Shown: positions 22,734-31,141 of the stretch, piece after piece
Layout: each line of letters opens with the position of its first letter
How positions within the stretch are numbered: the stretch's first letter is position 1
Source of the DNA: Calditrichaceae bacterium
Lineage (GTDB): Bacteria; Calditrichota; Calditrichia; Calditrichales; JBFXGD01
DNA: 64,000 nt
Assembly (NCBI GenBank): GCA_050173015.1
Contig: JBFXLE010000003.1
Location: forward strand, 64,001 to 128,000
Direction: 5' to 3'
The notes under the pieces: generated by a model
Told to the model about the DNA's origin: nothing
Databases searched by the model: none
The model's input: the letters and a program-made list of their open reading frames with translations, nothing else
Made by a program: the position numbers and the translations under genes

Positions 22734-23333
22734 TTATTTCACAATACTGTCTACAAAAATTAGTCTTTCTAAACTATCGATCATTCCCCGACCCCGCTCA
22801 TCTAGTGAAAATGTGAAGTTTCTTCTCCTCCATTCCAGGATAATCATGCTGATAATTCCCAGAATCACGACGATCAAATCCTGTGTTTTCACATTTACCA
22901 CAGTTCCTTCTGATTTTGCCTGATCGATGAGATTCTCCAAAATCAGAAACCTGGAATTCCGAAATAAACGCAATTTTTCCCCAAGCGACGGTTGCGGACC
23001 AAATATCTCGTCATAAAACAGAACAGCCGTCAATTCGGGATGATTTTCCAGAAATCTCAACTGGAACATGATAAGCTGCATGATCCTTTCCTTAGCGGTA
23101 TCAAATTCATTCAGCTTCTCATTCATTATTTTTCCAAAGATGAGCATGCGATCCAGAATTCCATTTAGAATTTCTTCTTTATTTGTAAAATGTCTGTAAA
23201 TAGCCGGTTCAGATATACCGACTTTTTTTGCCAGTTCTCTGATAGAAAGTGCAGGATATCCCTGATCATGAATGATTTGAAGCGCCTGATCAATGATCTG
23301 CCTTTTTCTCTCCTTAGTTGTCATCCTTGCCAT
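22734..23333 (-). CDS. TetR-family transcriptional regulator
   Basis: HTH LSIRELAKKVGISEPAIYRHFTNK. Confidence 0.92.
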   Translation of the reverse strand: MARMTTKERKRQIIDQALQIIHDQGYPALSIRELAKKVGISEPAIYRHFTNKEEILNGILDRMLIFGKIMNEKLNEFDTAKERIMQLIMFQLRFLENHPELTAVLFYDEIFGPQPSLGEKLRLFRNSRFLILENLIDQAKSEGTVVNVKTQDLIVVILGIISMIILEWRRRNFTFSLDERGRGMIDSLERLIFVDSIVK

Positions 23334-23383
23334 TTTTTTCCTAACGGCTTTAATTTTGCTCTATTAAATTCTTTCTATTTTCT

Positions 23384-23767
23384 TTACGCCGGCGCAAACC
23401 AGCTTTCTTTTTTCTTTGATAGCAAAACAAACATACTAATCCAGATCACGGATCTTACCGTCATACCGATAACACTCTTCATGGCGACAGCATCAGAAAA
23501 TATTGTGAGGATCAACAGCCATACAATGGTATGTCCAACCGCCACCAATCCCGCCACATTGATCGCGTGGGCATGCCTTAACCAGAAACCGAATCCGACA
23601 AAAATGGATACGGCCGCCATCGTAAGGTTATAGTAAATTAGCCATGGCAGAACCAAGTGATCGGGATTCTTGATCCCCAGTACTATCGGTAATCCATCTA
23701 CAATGGCTGTAACTCCGAACAAAACGGCCAGAACCGCCAGGCTTTTCAGAACAACGCCACCTTTCAT
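23384..23767 (-). CDS. Small 4-TM hypothetical membrane protein
   Basis: Four hydrophobic segments; start at 23767 or 23782. Confidence 0.6.
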   Translation of the reverse strand: MKGGVVLKSLAVLAVLFGVTAIVDGLPIVLGIKNPDHLVLPWLIYYNLTMAAVSIFVGFGFWLRHAHAINVAGLVAVGHTIVWLLILTIFSDAVAMKSVIGMTVRSVIWISMFVLLSKKKESWFAPA

Positions 23768-23874
23768 AATTCCACCTTTCATTGTTCACTTTTTTCTTTT
23801 TAAAATCGCTTCAGGCTGAATCGTTTTTACGTTTTTGAGCATCAACCATTTATCGATTCATTGAATAAATCTTG

Positions 23875-24777
23875 TTAAATACCGCCAAAAATCACCAGCA
23901 GCATCGCGCTCAACATGTAAAGCGACGCGTATTTAAACAGCCCGAAATTGACTTTTTCAGATGGGCGTAAAACACTTGCCAGAGATAATCCCAAAATTCC
24001 TACGGATAATATCCCGAGCAATCTAAGATATCCCCAGGAAAGGCCGATCGCCATGGCGCCCATTCCAATGGCGATCGCCGCTCCCAGGCTTGAAACCGCA
24101 ATGATCAATCGAGTATATTTATTACCATATTCAGATGGAAAGGTCGGTACACCGGCGCGCTGATAGTCATCATGATAACGCATACTGAACGTCATGATAT
24201 GCGTTGGAATCCACAAAAGAATGGCCAGCGCGAATAAAATTCCGATTCCATCAACTGTTCCCAAACCCAGGGTCCGGCCTGCAAGAACCGGCATACCACC
24301 GGATATTCCACCCCAGATAATGGACCAGGCTGTTCTCCGTTTGAGCCACATTGTATAAATCACCACATCGATGAACAGCCCCGCGAACACTACGACGGCA
24401 TATTGAAATGATAAGGTCAAAGCCCACAGCAACCCCAGAAGGGAAATGCTTAAGCCCAGAACCAGAGCTTCTTTCGCATCTAACTTGCCTGAGGGCAAAG
24501 GCCGGTGCGCCGTTCGATTCATTTTTGAATCAATATCCCGGTCATAAACCATATTTAGAATCGTGCTTCCGCTAATAGCAAGAAACAGGCTGCCAATCAG
24601 CCCAAATCCAACTTCAAAGGAAGATACCGGGCAGCGGGCGCTGATATATCCCGTAATTCCGGTGATCAACAGTAAACCCGTTTGCAGGCTTTTAATAAGA
24701 GGCCAGTATAATTTTATCCTGGCCCCGATTTTTTGTTTTATTGTAATCGTAGTGTTTTGCATGTCCATATCTATCAA
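23875..24777 (-). CDS. cyoE: Protoheme IX farnesyltransferase (heme O synthase, UbiA family)
   Basis: NMVYDRDIDSKMNRTAHRPLPSG, YTMWLKRRT, GGMPVLAG, WIPTH, DYQRAGVP. Confidence 0.92.
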   Translation of the reverse strand: MIDMDMQNTTITIKQKIGARIKLYWPLIKSLQTGLLLITGITGYISARCPVSSFEVGFGLIGSLFLAISGSTILNMVYDRDIDSKMNRTAHRPLPSGKLDAKEALVLGLSISLLGLLWALTLSFQYAVVVFAGLFIDVVIYTMWLKRRTAWSIIWGGISGGMPVLAGRTLGLGTVDGIGILFALAILLWIPTHIMTFSMRYHDDYQRAGVPTFPSEYGNKYTRLIIAVSSLGAAIAIGMGAMAIGLSWGYLRLLGILSVGILGLSLASVLRPSEKVNFGLFKYASLYMLSAMLLVIFGGI

Positions 24778-24782
24778 TCGTT

Positions 24783-25736
24783 CTATTTTTCTGTGTCTTG
24801 CTCAACCTGATTTACTTCAGTTCCGTCGGATTTTTGAACATCCCTCGCGCAACGGAATCCGGTATTGATACTGTAATAATCAGGGCCGGCGCTGTTTCTC
24901 ATCCATACACGAAGATCATAATCGTAAGTGCCGTTGCTTCCACCCCTCATATAGCGGTAATGAACGTGCTCTTTGTCATCACCGGTCCACTGCCATACAT
25001 TTCCGGCCATATCGTAGAGGCCGTAAGGGCTTTTTGCGTCCACTGTCTGAAATCCATCGTAATTCTTCCCGTTGTAAAATCCGACTGGAGTCGTTCCGCC
25101 CATTCTGCCAAAAATAGATTCGTACACATCCTGGCTCGCATAATAATTCGCGTAGCCGTGTCCGATTTCATCACCCCAGGGCCAAACACGCTGATCGGTG
25201 CCACGGGCTGCTTTTTCCCATTCAATTTCAGTTGGAACACGCCAGCCGTAGAAATCCGCGTAAGCAACCGCTCCAAACCAGGAAACCATCACCATGGGGT
25301 GGTTTTCGTAACCTTTTTCTACTGAAAATGAAGATCCGTCGTAATTGACATGAAGACCGCGTTCATTCAGATTCAGATGAAGTTTATCCCCTTCTTCAAT
25401 AACAAATTCATGTTTGTACCCATGAAACGGATCTCCGGGATAATATCCCATGACGACCCCGTCAACAATTTTGATGGTGCCTTTCGCGAGCGCCTCATTC
25501 AGATATTTCGCGTACTGGGTATTCGTTACATCAGTAACCATCATCTCAAAATCGTAAGGTACAGAAGTAACGTGATTGTGCTGACCTTTGTAAAAATTTC
25601 CCGCAGGCACCAGTACCCAGGAATCCGGATTAACGCCGGTATCAAAAGTCGGGATTTCAACTGTTACCCGGTCTCCGGCGATAACGGTAAGTGCCATCAT
25701 TAATATGGCAGATAGAATCATCAATAATTTTTTCAT
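24783..25736 (-). CDS. Exported FGE-sulfatase/SUMF1-fold protein (NirV-like; lacks the FGE catalytic Cys pair)
   Basis: Signal peptide; VTNTQY, HPMVMVSW, RVPTEIEWEKAARG, GLYDMAGNVWQW, RGGS, GFRCAR. Confidence 0.85.
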   Translation of the reverse strand: MKKLLMILSAILMMALTVIAGDRVTVEIPTFDTGVNPDSWVLVPAGNFYKGQHNHVTSVPYDFEMMVTDVTNTQYAKYLNEALAKGTIKIVDGVVMGYYPGDPFHGYKHEFVIEEGDKLHLNLNERGLHVNYDGSSFSVEKGYENHPMVMVSWFGAVAYADFYGWRVPTEIEWEKAARGTDQRVWPWGDEIGHGYANYYASQDVYESIFGRMGGTTPVGFYNGKNYDGFQTVDAKSPYGLYDMAGNVWQWTGDDKEHVHYRYMRGGSNGTYDYDLRVWMRNSAGPDYYSINTGFRCARDVQKSDGTEVNQVEQDTEK

Positions 25737-27268
25737 TATTTCACCTCCTGTCCGGATACAGTATTTGCAGTTTCAGCAATGAATGAAGGCGAAGTCATAT
25801 TTACTTCTAACTCAGGATTCTGAGCTTCTTTCTGCCATAGTCCGTCATTTCTAAACAGATCGATCAATCTCCAGACCAGAATAATTGAAAGGAGAATCAA
25901 GACTAACCCCAAACCGATATCGGTAAGCAGCATAGTGGTATCAACCAGACCCTGTTGATCGATTTCGGGGACGATGAGCCTCTTAAATGAGAAGATTGTC
26001 ATCGAAGCGAAGGCAATATCTGAGCCAATGATAATCAGCCAGCCTAACCATTTTCTGGCTTTCCCTTTTATACCTGAAATATCGATATAATACATTAATA
26101 TAATTGTTGCGATAATGGCGGAGAGAATATGCCAGTGACCTGACAAAGTGATTCTTTCTTCTCTCGCGGGCCATACCCGGAAAATCGCGTCCAGCTTAAC
26201 AGCTAAGAAAATACCAACACCGCTGACGGTGAAGTTCATAAACACCATCTGCCAGAGCGGTCCGAATTTAATCGGATCGTGGATCAGAGCCGCGATTGAC
26301 TGGAAGATATTCGCTTTCTCGATACCCTGTTCGGCTAGCCGGTCTTTGATCAGCTTTCTCCAACCGAAAATCACAAGCATCAATGCCGCGCTCATTGAAA
26401 AAACAGAACCTACATAAATAAAAGTATGAGCCGTCGCTTCATAAGGAACCACCGACCAGACGCCCAGAGTAATAACGATGATACCGATAATCATCAGGGG
26501 CATCGCGATTTTATGGAAAATTCCTTTGAAATCAAGCCAGCGGCCGACAATCAAGGTAATTGCAATCGCGATCAACGCGAGCATGATATGCAAATGTCCG
26601 ATAACCGCCAGTTCGATTGAAGAATGATGGGGATCGCGTATGATATTTTCCGCTAAAAAGGTTTCATGCCCGTGTGTCCAGTACGCGCCTGCCGCGGCGC
26701 CAAACAATGCGGAACCCAGGGTAGCGACAACCATTGAAAAAAAAGCAACCCGCTCTAAGTCAAGTCCTTTTTTAGTATGAGAATATTCATTATCGCACAC
26801 ATAATACTCTTTATTCCAGGGCCAGACAGCCACGGCCAGAATGGCGCCGGAAAAAAAGACCAAAGTCTGACCGGCAATAAATAATCCGTGAACCAAAAAA
26901 TCACGTCCGAAATATGCAAACCAAAGTCCAAAAACCAGAACCATTAGATATCCAACCGTAATTGTTGCGTTTACAACAGTCTGATATATTTTTTTCATCG
27001 GTACAATTGAAGTAATCATATATACCTCAATCGCGATGACCGCCATTGCTATCGAGTGATAAAGAGCAATCATCCGGCCTTCTCTGAAAATCGGATGCAA
27101 ATCCATGCCGAGAAGGCTGACGGTAATATCCCTTACGCCCCATTCAGCCATCGGACCGGATAAAGTCCCCCAGATTGCGGTGACCAGGGAGATTGCTGAT
27201 ATCGCTAACAGGATCAGTCCTTTTGTCGACTGGAAAAGATACTGCAAACGGGTGAAACGAGACTCCAT
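25736..27268 (-). CDS. 12-TM His-rich hypothetical membrane protein, possible heme-binding HCO-subunit-I/NnrS-like fold
   Basis: About 12 hydrophobic helices; intramembrane His in YH71S, VH127G, GH225LH227, AH281T, GH378WH380; TAATG overlap with the FGE-like gene. Confidence 0.6.
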   Translation of the reverse strand: MESRFTRLQYLFQSTKGLILLAISAISLVTAIWGTLSGPMAEWGVRDITVSLLGMDLHPIFREGRMIALYHSIAMAVIAIEVYMITSIVPMKKIYQTVVNATITVGYLMVLVFGLWFAYFGRDFLVHGLFIAGQTLVFFSGAILAVAVWPWNKEYYVCDNEYSHTKKGLDLERVAFFSMVVATLGSALFGAAAGAYWTHGHETFLAENIIRDPHHSSIELAVIGHLHIMLALIAIAITLIVGRWLDFKGIFHKIAMPLMIIGIIVITLGVWSVVPYEATAHTFIYVGSVFSMSAALMLVIFGWRKLIKDRLAEQGIEKANIFQSIAALIHDPIKFGPLWQMVFMNFTVSGVGIFLAVKLDAIFRVWPAREERITLSGHWHILSAIIATIILMYYIDISGIKGKARKWLGWLIIIGSDIAFASMTIFSFKRLIVPEIDQQGLVDTTMLLTDIGLGLVLILLSIILVWRLIDLFRNDGLWQKEAQNPELEVNMTSPSFIAETANTVSGQEVK

Positions 27269-27397
27269 ATTTATTTTCCTTTTTTAAATTTCAATACAAC
27301 ATCACAAACAAATTTCAATTTTTTTGCAGACTCATCCGGTCTGAAAATTTTTCAATAAAATTGACTTCCTTTTACACTAATCCATGCACAAATATTG

Positions 27398-28021
27398 TTA
27401 TTTACCCGTCAACTGCATTTTTTTGACGAATCCGAATGTGTACGAAATGCTCATCAGAAGCAGGATGGGCGCCAATATTGTAAAGATCACATCTGCGGAT
27501 AAAATGGGAACACCGGCTTTTAAAAAGGCCAGCGCGATTCCACCGATACCGATCAAAGTGCCGCCTACAGTAACCCAGATAAATTCTTTTGGAGCTTCAC
27601 CCTTTGAAGAAACAAGGATAGGCAGCCCGAAAATAATTAAGCCGGCCACGGTATGCACGATAACAAGTACGAGAGTTGCAAGTTCGTGCGGTCCCGTAAA
27701 GCGGGTAACGGCAATCGCCAGTAATCCAAGTATTGCAAATATTAAAAATGACTTTTCATGTTTGGGAAGGAATTCTGAAACTAATCCCGCCGCCAATCCC
27801 ACCGGGATAAACACTGCTACAATGACTACCAGTGGTGAGGCGAGAATTCCATACCCTAGAGCGATCAACAGCAATCCCGAAACCAGGAGCACCGTGAATG
27901 ACAGGATATAATAGATGTTGTGCATACTGTTTGTTTTTTGATAATCTTTAAAAAGCCTAAACAGTAAATAGATAGCAGTCAAACCGGTCAACAATAATAC
28001 GATTTGATCGAAGGCATTCAT
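27398..28021 (-). CDS. Hypothetical 7-TM membrane protein
   Basis: Highly hydrophobic 207 aa, intramembrane His (VHTVAG), AAGGAA SD. Confidence 0.7.
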   Translation of the reverse strand: MNAFDQIVLLLTGLTAIYLLFRLFKDYQKTNSMHNIYYILSFTVLLVSGLLLIALGYGILASPLVVIVAVFIPVGLAAGLVSEFLPKHEKSFLIFAILGLLAIAVTRFTGPHELATLVLVIVHTVAGLIIFGLPILVSSKGEAPKEFIWVTVGGTLIGIGGIALAFLKAGVPILSADVIFTILAPILLLMSISYTFGFVKKMQLTGK

Positions 28022-28086
28022 TTTAGTTCCTTTCTGCCATATTATAAATTTTTGTCAAACAAAACTGACAATCCCCCTTCAATTCT

Positions 28087-28157
28087 TTTAAAAAACATGA
28101 CAGAGCTCCAGATCTTTCGGGGGGGGGGATAAAAGAATCTGTGATGAGCTCTGCCAT
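28087..28157 (-). terminator. Long hairpin / probable terminator with a C10 loop
   Basis: Minus strand ATGGCAGAGCTC...GAGCTCTGTCAT stem with inner CAGATTCTTT/AAAGATCTG pairing, followed by GTTTTTT; downstream of the stop at 28220. Confidence 0.55.
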
Positions 28158-28219
28158 ATAAATCAGCTATTTCAAATGTTTAATACCATCTTGTTTCTCT
28201 TTTGCTACTTCTATAGTTC

Positions 28220-29011
28220 TTACGAATTTTTCCATTCGGTAAGAAGCTTGTTTGTGTTTGGCATAAGGAGCACGATAAGTAAGCAGCCTGCAATTATCGG
28301 CGCCGGCAAAAACATGGAGAAACGATGTACTTCCATGATATTTACAATAGCCAGAGGAAGCGCGCCGATCAAAGACATCATCGATGCAAAGATTCCGAGA
28401 TACAGAGACCATGATTTTCTTTTAAGGACGGCAAGAGAAAATACCAGCCAAGCGGTTGCTCCAAACCATGTCACCATCATATCGACCGCATACATACCTT
28501 TCCAAAGGTCATTGTATGTTGTCGTCTGATACTTGGAAATAAGCGCTACACCGCACATGTAGGTCAGTACATAAGCTAAACCGGCGACAAATAACAACGC
28601 TATGACTTTTTTATCAACTTTCTCAATAAACATAATTCCAAACCAAACAACAGTAGCAATAATAAACACAGTCATTGTTGGTGCAGGCAGATCAATACTT
28701 TTTGCCGGAATTGTCGGGAAAAACCCGGCCAGCATCTGCAATGACGCGGCTACGATTGCCCAGAATCCTGCCCATTCCAGTTTTTTCAAATAACCATACA
28801 TAACCACTACCCACAAAGCACTTGCTGAGATACCAAGCCAACCAAGCATCGATTGGGTAATCATAACAGCGATCGCCTCATCCGGACGGCCACCGGCTAT
28901 TTTTCCATTAATGACTGTCATATACGTGTCAGCCAGGTGATAGAAAAGCAGCATTCCGGCAAAGAATCCAACGATGGCCAATACCGCACCTAATGCACTT
29001 TTGTTCTTCAT
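28220..29011 (-). CDS. Hypothetical 8-TM membrane protein with an internal duplication
   Basis: Two similar halves (W..vmygylKKleW...A....laG..P and W..fslavlKRksW...A....iG..P); GGAGGAG SD. Confidence 0.72.
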   Translation of the reverse strand: MKNKSALGAVLAIVGFFAGMLLFYHLADTYMTVINGKIAGGRPDEAIAVMITQSMLGWLGISASALWVVVMYGYLKKLEWAGFWAIVAASLQMLAGFFPTIPAKSIDLPAPTMTVFIIATVVWFGIMFIEKVDKKVIALLFVAGLAYVLTYMCGVALISKYQTTTYNDLWKGMYAVDMMVTWFGATAWLVFSLAVLKRKSWSLYLGIFASMMSLIGALPLAIVNIMEVHRFSMFLPAPIIAGCLLIVLLMPNTNKLLTEWKNS

Positions 29012-29097
29012 TTTACTCCTCCATATAATTAATTAATTGTACCAGATAGTATCCATTTGCGGCATATATACCGCCGTTTAAAAACTCAAAACATTAT

Positions 29098-29117
29098 GTA
29101 AGTTGTCACTTACCAAC
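29098..29117. promoter_or_regulatory. Putative TetR operator (copy 1)
   Basis: GTAAGT-TGTCACTT-ACCAAC, fits RTHAGT-N8-ACYAAC; upstream of the start at 29011. Confidence 0.5.
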
Positions 29118-29134
29118 ATACGCGACAAAAAAAA

Positions 29135-29722
29135 TCAGTACAAGCACTTGCTGAAAGTTGCCCAAAGCTGGTCAACCTTACCGGTCAACGGAAATGAAAA
29201 ATCCGAAGTTGACCACAGAATAAAGGTGGCCTGAATAATGCCCATATACATGATGGCGGCCGCTTCCACATCCAGATCTTTCCTGACACAACCCTTATCA
29301 ACCGCCTGCTGAATTATATTTTTGATATATTCCATATACTGAGTGATAATCCCCGCAATTTTATCCCTCAATCGTTTGTCCTGGAACTGTATGGCTTCCG
29401 AAAACAGAACCCTTGGAATGCCAATATTTTTCTCGATAAAGCTAAGGTGAACAAAAAGGATGCTTTTTAGTTTATCACAAGCATCCGCCTGCATATCAAT
29501 CTTCTTTTCAATATTATTGATCAATGAGTTTTCAATTTCTTCGACCATGAACAACAGCATATCATTTTTCGTATTAAAATGTTTATACAAAGCCGCATCC
29601 GTCAATCCGATTAATTTTGCGATTTTGATCATAACAAGACTCTGGACACCCTCACTGGCAATAATTTTCATCGCTGCTTTTGCAATTTGCTGTTTTCTTG
29701 AGATCTTTTTTTCAGTGGCCAT
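29135..29722 (-). CDS. TetR-family transcriptional regulator
   Basis: HTH IAKLIGLTDAALYKHFNTK. Confidence 0.9.
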   Translation of the reverse strand: MATEKKISRKQQIAKAAMKIIASEGVQSLVMIKIAKLIGLTDAALYKHFNTKNDMLLFMVEEIENSLINNIEKKIDMQADACDKLKSILFVHLSFIEKNIGIPRVLFSEAIQFQDKRLRDKIAGIITQYMEYIKNIIQQAVDKGCVRKDLDVEAAAIMYMGIIQATFILWSTSDFSFPLTGKVDQLWATFSKCLY

Positions 29723-29915
29723 TTTTCAACACTTTCTTTGTCAACCGTTTTCTCTTATTACAAAAAACACCAAACAATTTTTTTCACAAGGCAAAAAACA
29801 CAAAAACAATCCGTCCACCCTATTTTACCATTCCCCGTGACAATCAAACTTTGCGCGCGAAAATGATAAAACTTTCACTTGTGATAGAACACAAAACGCA
29901 TTTTTTATAAACATG

Positions 29916-29961
29916 GTTAGTAATTGCTTACTAACTTAATGTCGTAATTTTACAATGTCAA
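29916..29961 (-). promoter_or_regulatory. Sigma70 promoter with overlapping palindromic operator (copy 2)
   Basis: Minus strand TTGACA-N17-TAAGTT; operator GTTAGTAA-TTGC-TTACTAAC at 29916-29935. Confidence 0.7.
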
Positions 29962-30062
29962 GATTTTTTTTTCACATGTTTAAAAAAAGGGACAAAAACA
30001 TACATAATTTCCTATCCTGCTTTTGTCAATGAAACATACAAAAAAAATCAAATGTCACATTT

Positions 30063-30112
30063 ATTAGTAAGCACTTACTAACTAAGTTAATGGATTGTTT
30101 TTTCACTGTCAA
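30063..30112 (-). promoter_or_regulatory. Sigma70 promoter with palindromic operator (copy 3)
   Basis: Minus strand TTGACA-N17-TAACTT; operator ATTAGTAA-GCAC-TTACTAAC at 30063-30082, 1 nt downstream of the -10. Confidence 0.7.
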
Positions 30113-30209
30113 GAAAAATTTCACCTTTTTTACAGAAAAAAAGTCGTTATTTTTTCTTTTTTAAGTGGATTAAATTATTAGTACTTATGTAGATTTGAAA
30201 TATCTGAGC

Positions 30210-31118
30210 TCAGGGTGCTTCGGACGCCACCATGGATTCCATATGCTCATTTCTCTTGAAATGCTTAATACCCGTCTGACCGATTAGTACACCAAGAATT
30301 AATCCCGCTATCATATCTGTCAAATAGTGGTATTGTCCATAGACTGTCGCCAGCGATAACGCGATAACCGCGGGCAAAAAATATCGAAGGGCGATCTTTC
30401 TCTCAAAAGCGTACATAAAAAAATAAACCACCACAGCAACCGCCACATGGGAACTGGGAAAAGCGCCGCCACGAAATCCGGCTGAGGCCACAAAGTTTCG
30501 CAGGTATTTTGTCACTATCAACCCGTCATATGAGGCCACAATTTCATTGGCAAGCGTGAATCGGGGTCCCGCCACGGGAAAAAATATAAAAAACAGGTAG
30601 GATATAAAAAATGTTAACGTCACATAAAAGATCAGATATTCATACTCCTTTGAACGGTTTTTAAAATACAAAAGAGCCGCGCTGATGGGAATTGTAAACC
30701 AGTAAACCGCATAAGAAATTTGCATGATCTCTGTCAAAACCGGATTGACAATTCTTTGAATCCATAAATTAGGTAAGACTCCAAACACGGACATTTCAAG
30801 GGAGAGAATCATCGAATCAAATTCTCCGGGAAATATGATATGGAGAAAGAATAATAAATTTTTATAAATAAAAGGATAACTGATAACGGGATACCAGTTT
30901 CTGAGAAATTTTAATATGGGATTGGTCTGCTGATCCATAAAAACAACAAACCCGGCTACGAAAACCACAATAAACAGATGTTTTGCAAAATGCAATTCCC
31001 AGGCGGGCAAGTTATCGTGAAAAAGCAGAATTAAAATATTCAGCAAAAGAAAAAAATATATAATAAGTGAATCAAATGTTCGAAAATGTTTTTTTTTATC
31101 AAGCAGCGATGTAATCAT
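30210..31118 (-). CDS. PAP2-family membrane phosphatase/phosphotransferase (Aur1/IPC-synthase-like)
   Basis: FPVAGPR, AFPSSHVA, TVYGQYHYLTD; multi-TM. Confidence 0.85.
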   Translation of the reverse strand: MITSLLDKKKHFRTFDSLIIYFFLLLNILILLFHDNLPAWELHFAKHLFIVVFVAGFVVFMDQQTNPILKFLRNWYPVISYPFIYKNLLFFLHIIFPGEFDSMILSLEMSVFGVLPNLWIQRIVNPVLTEIMQISYAVYWFTIPISAALLYFKNRSKEYEYLIFYVTLTFFISYLFFIFFPVAGPRFTLANEIVASYDGLIVTKYLRNFVASAGFRGGAFPSSHVAVAVVVYFFMYAFERKIALRYFLPAVIALSLATVYGQYHYLTDMIAGLILGVLIGQTGIKHFKRNEHMESMVASEAP

Positions 31119-31141
31119 GTTAAGTTCCGTAATTATATTAG

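Noticed and set aside
23757-23782. 11-bp direct repeat ATGAAAGGTGG giving MKGGIMKGG
   Set aside because: Tiny local duplication; the first copy probably just supplies the SD for the second ATG
24783-25736. True formylglycine-generating enzyme
   Set aside because: No catalytic Cys pair after RGGS and no sulfatase gene nearby
25736-27268. Calling the 510-aa protein cytochrome oxidase subunit I, NorB or CtaA
   Set aside because: Lacks HPxVY/HLWVE, the helix-VII HH pair and the CtaA ExxHR motif; kept as an unknown
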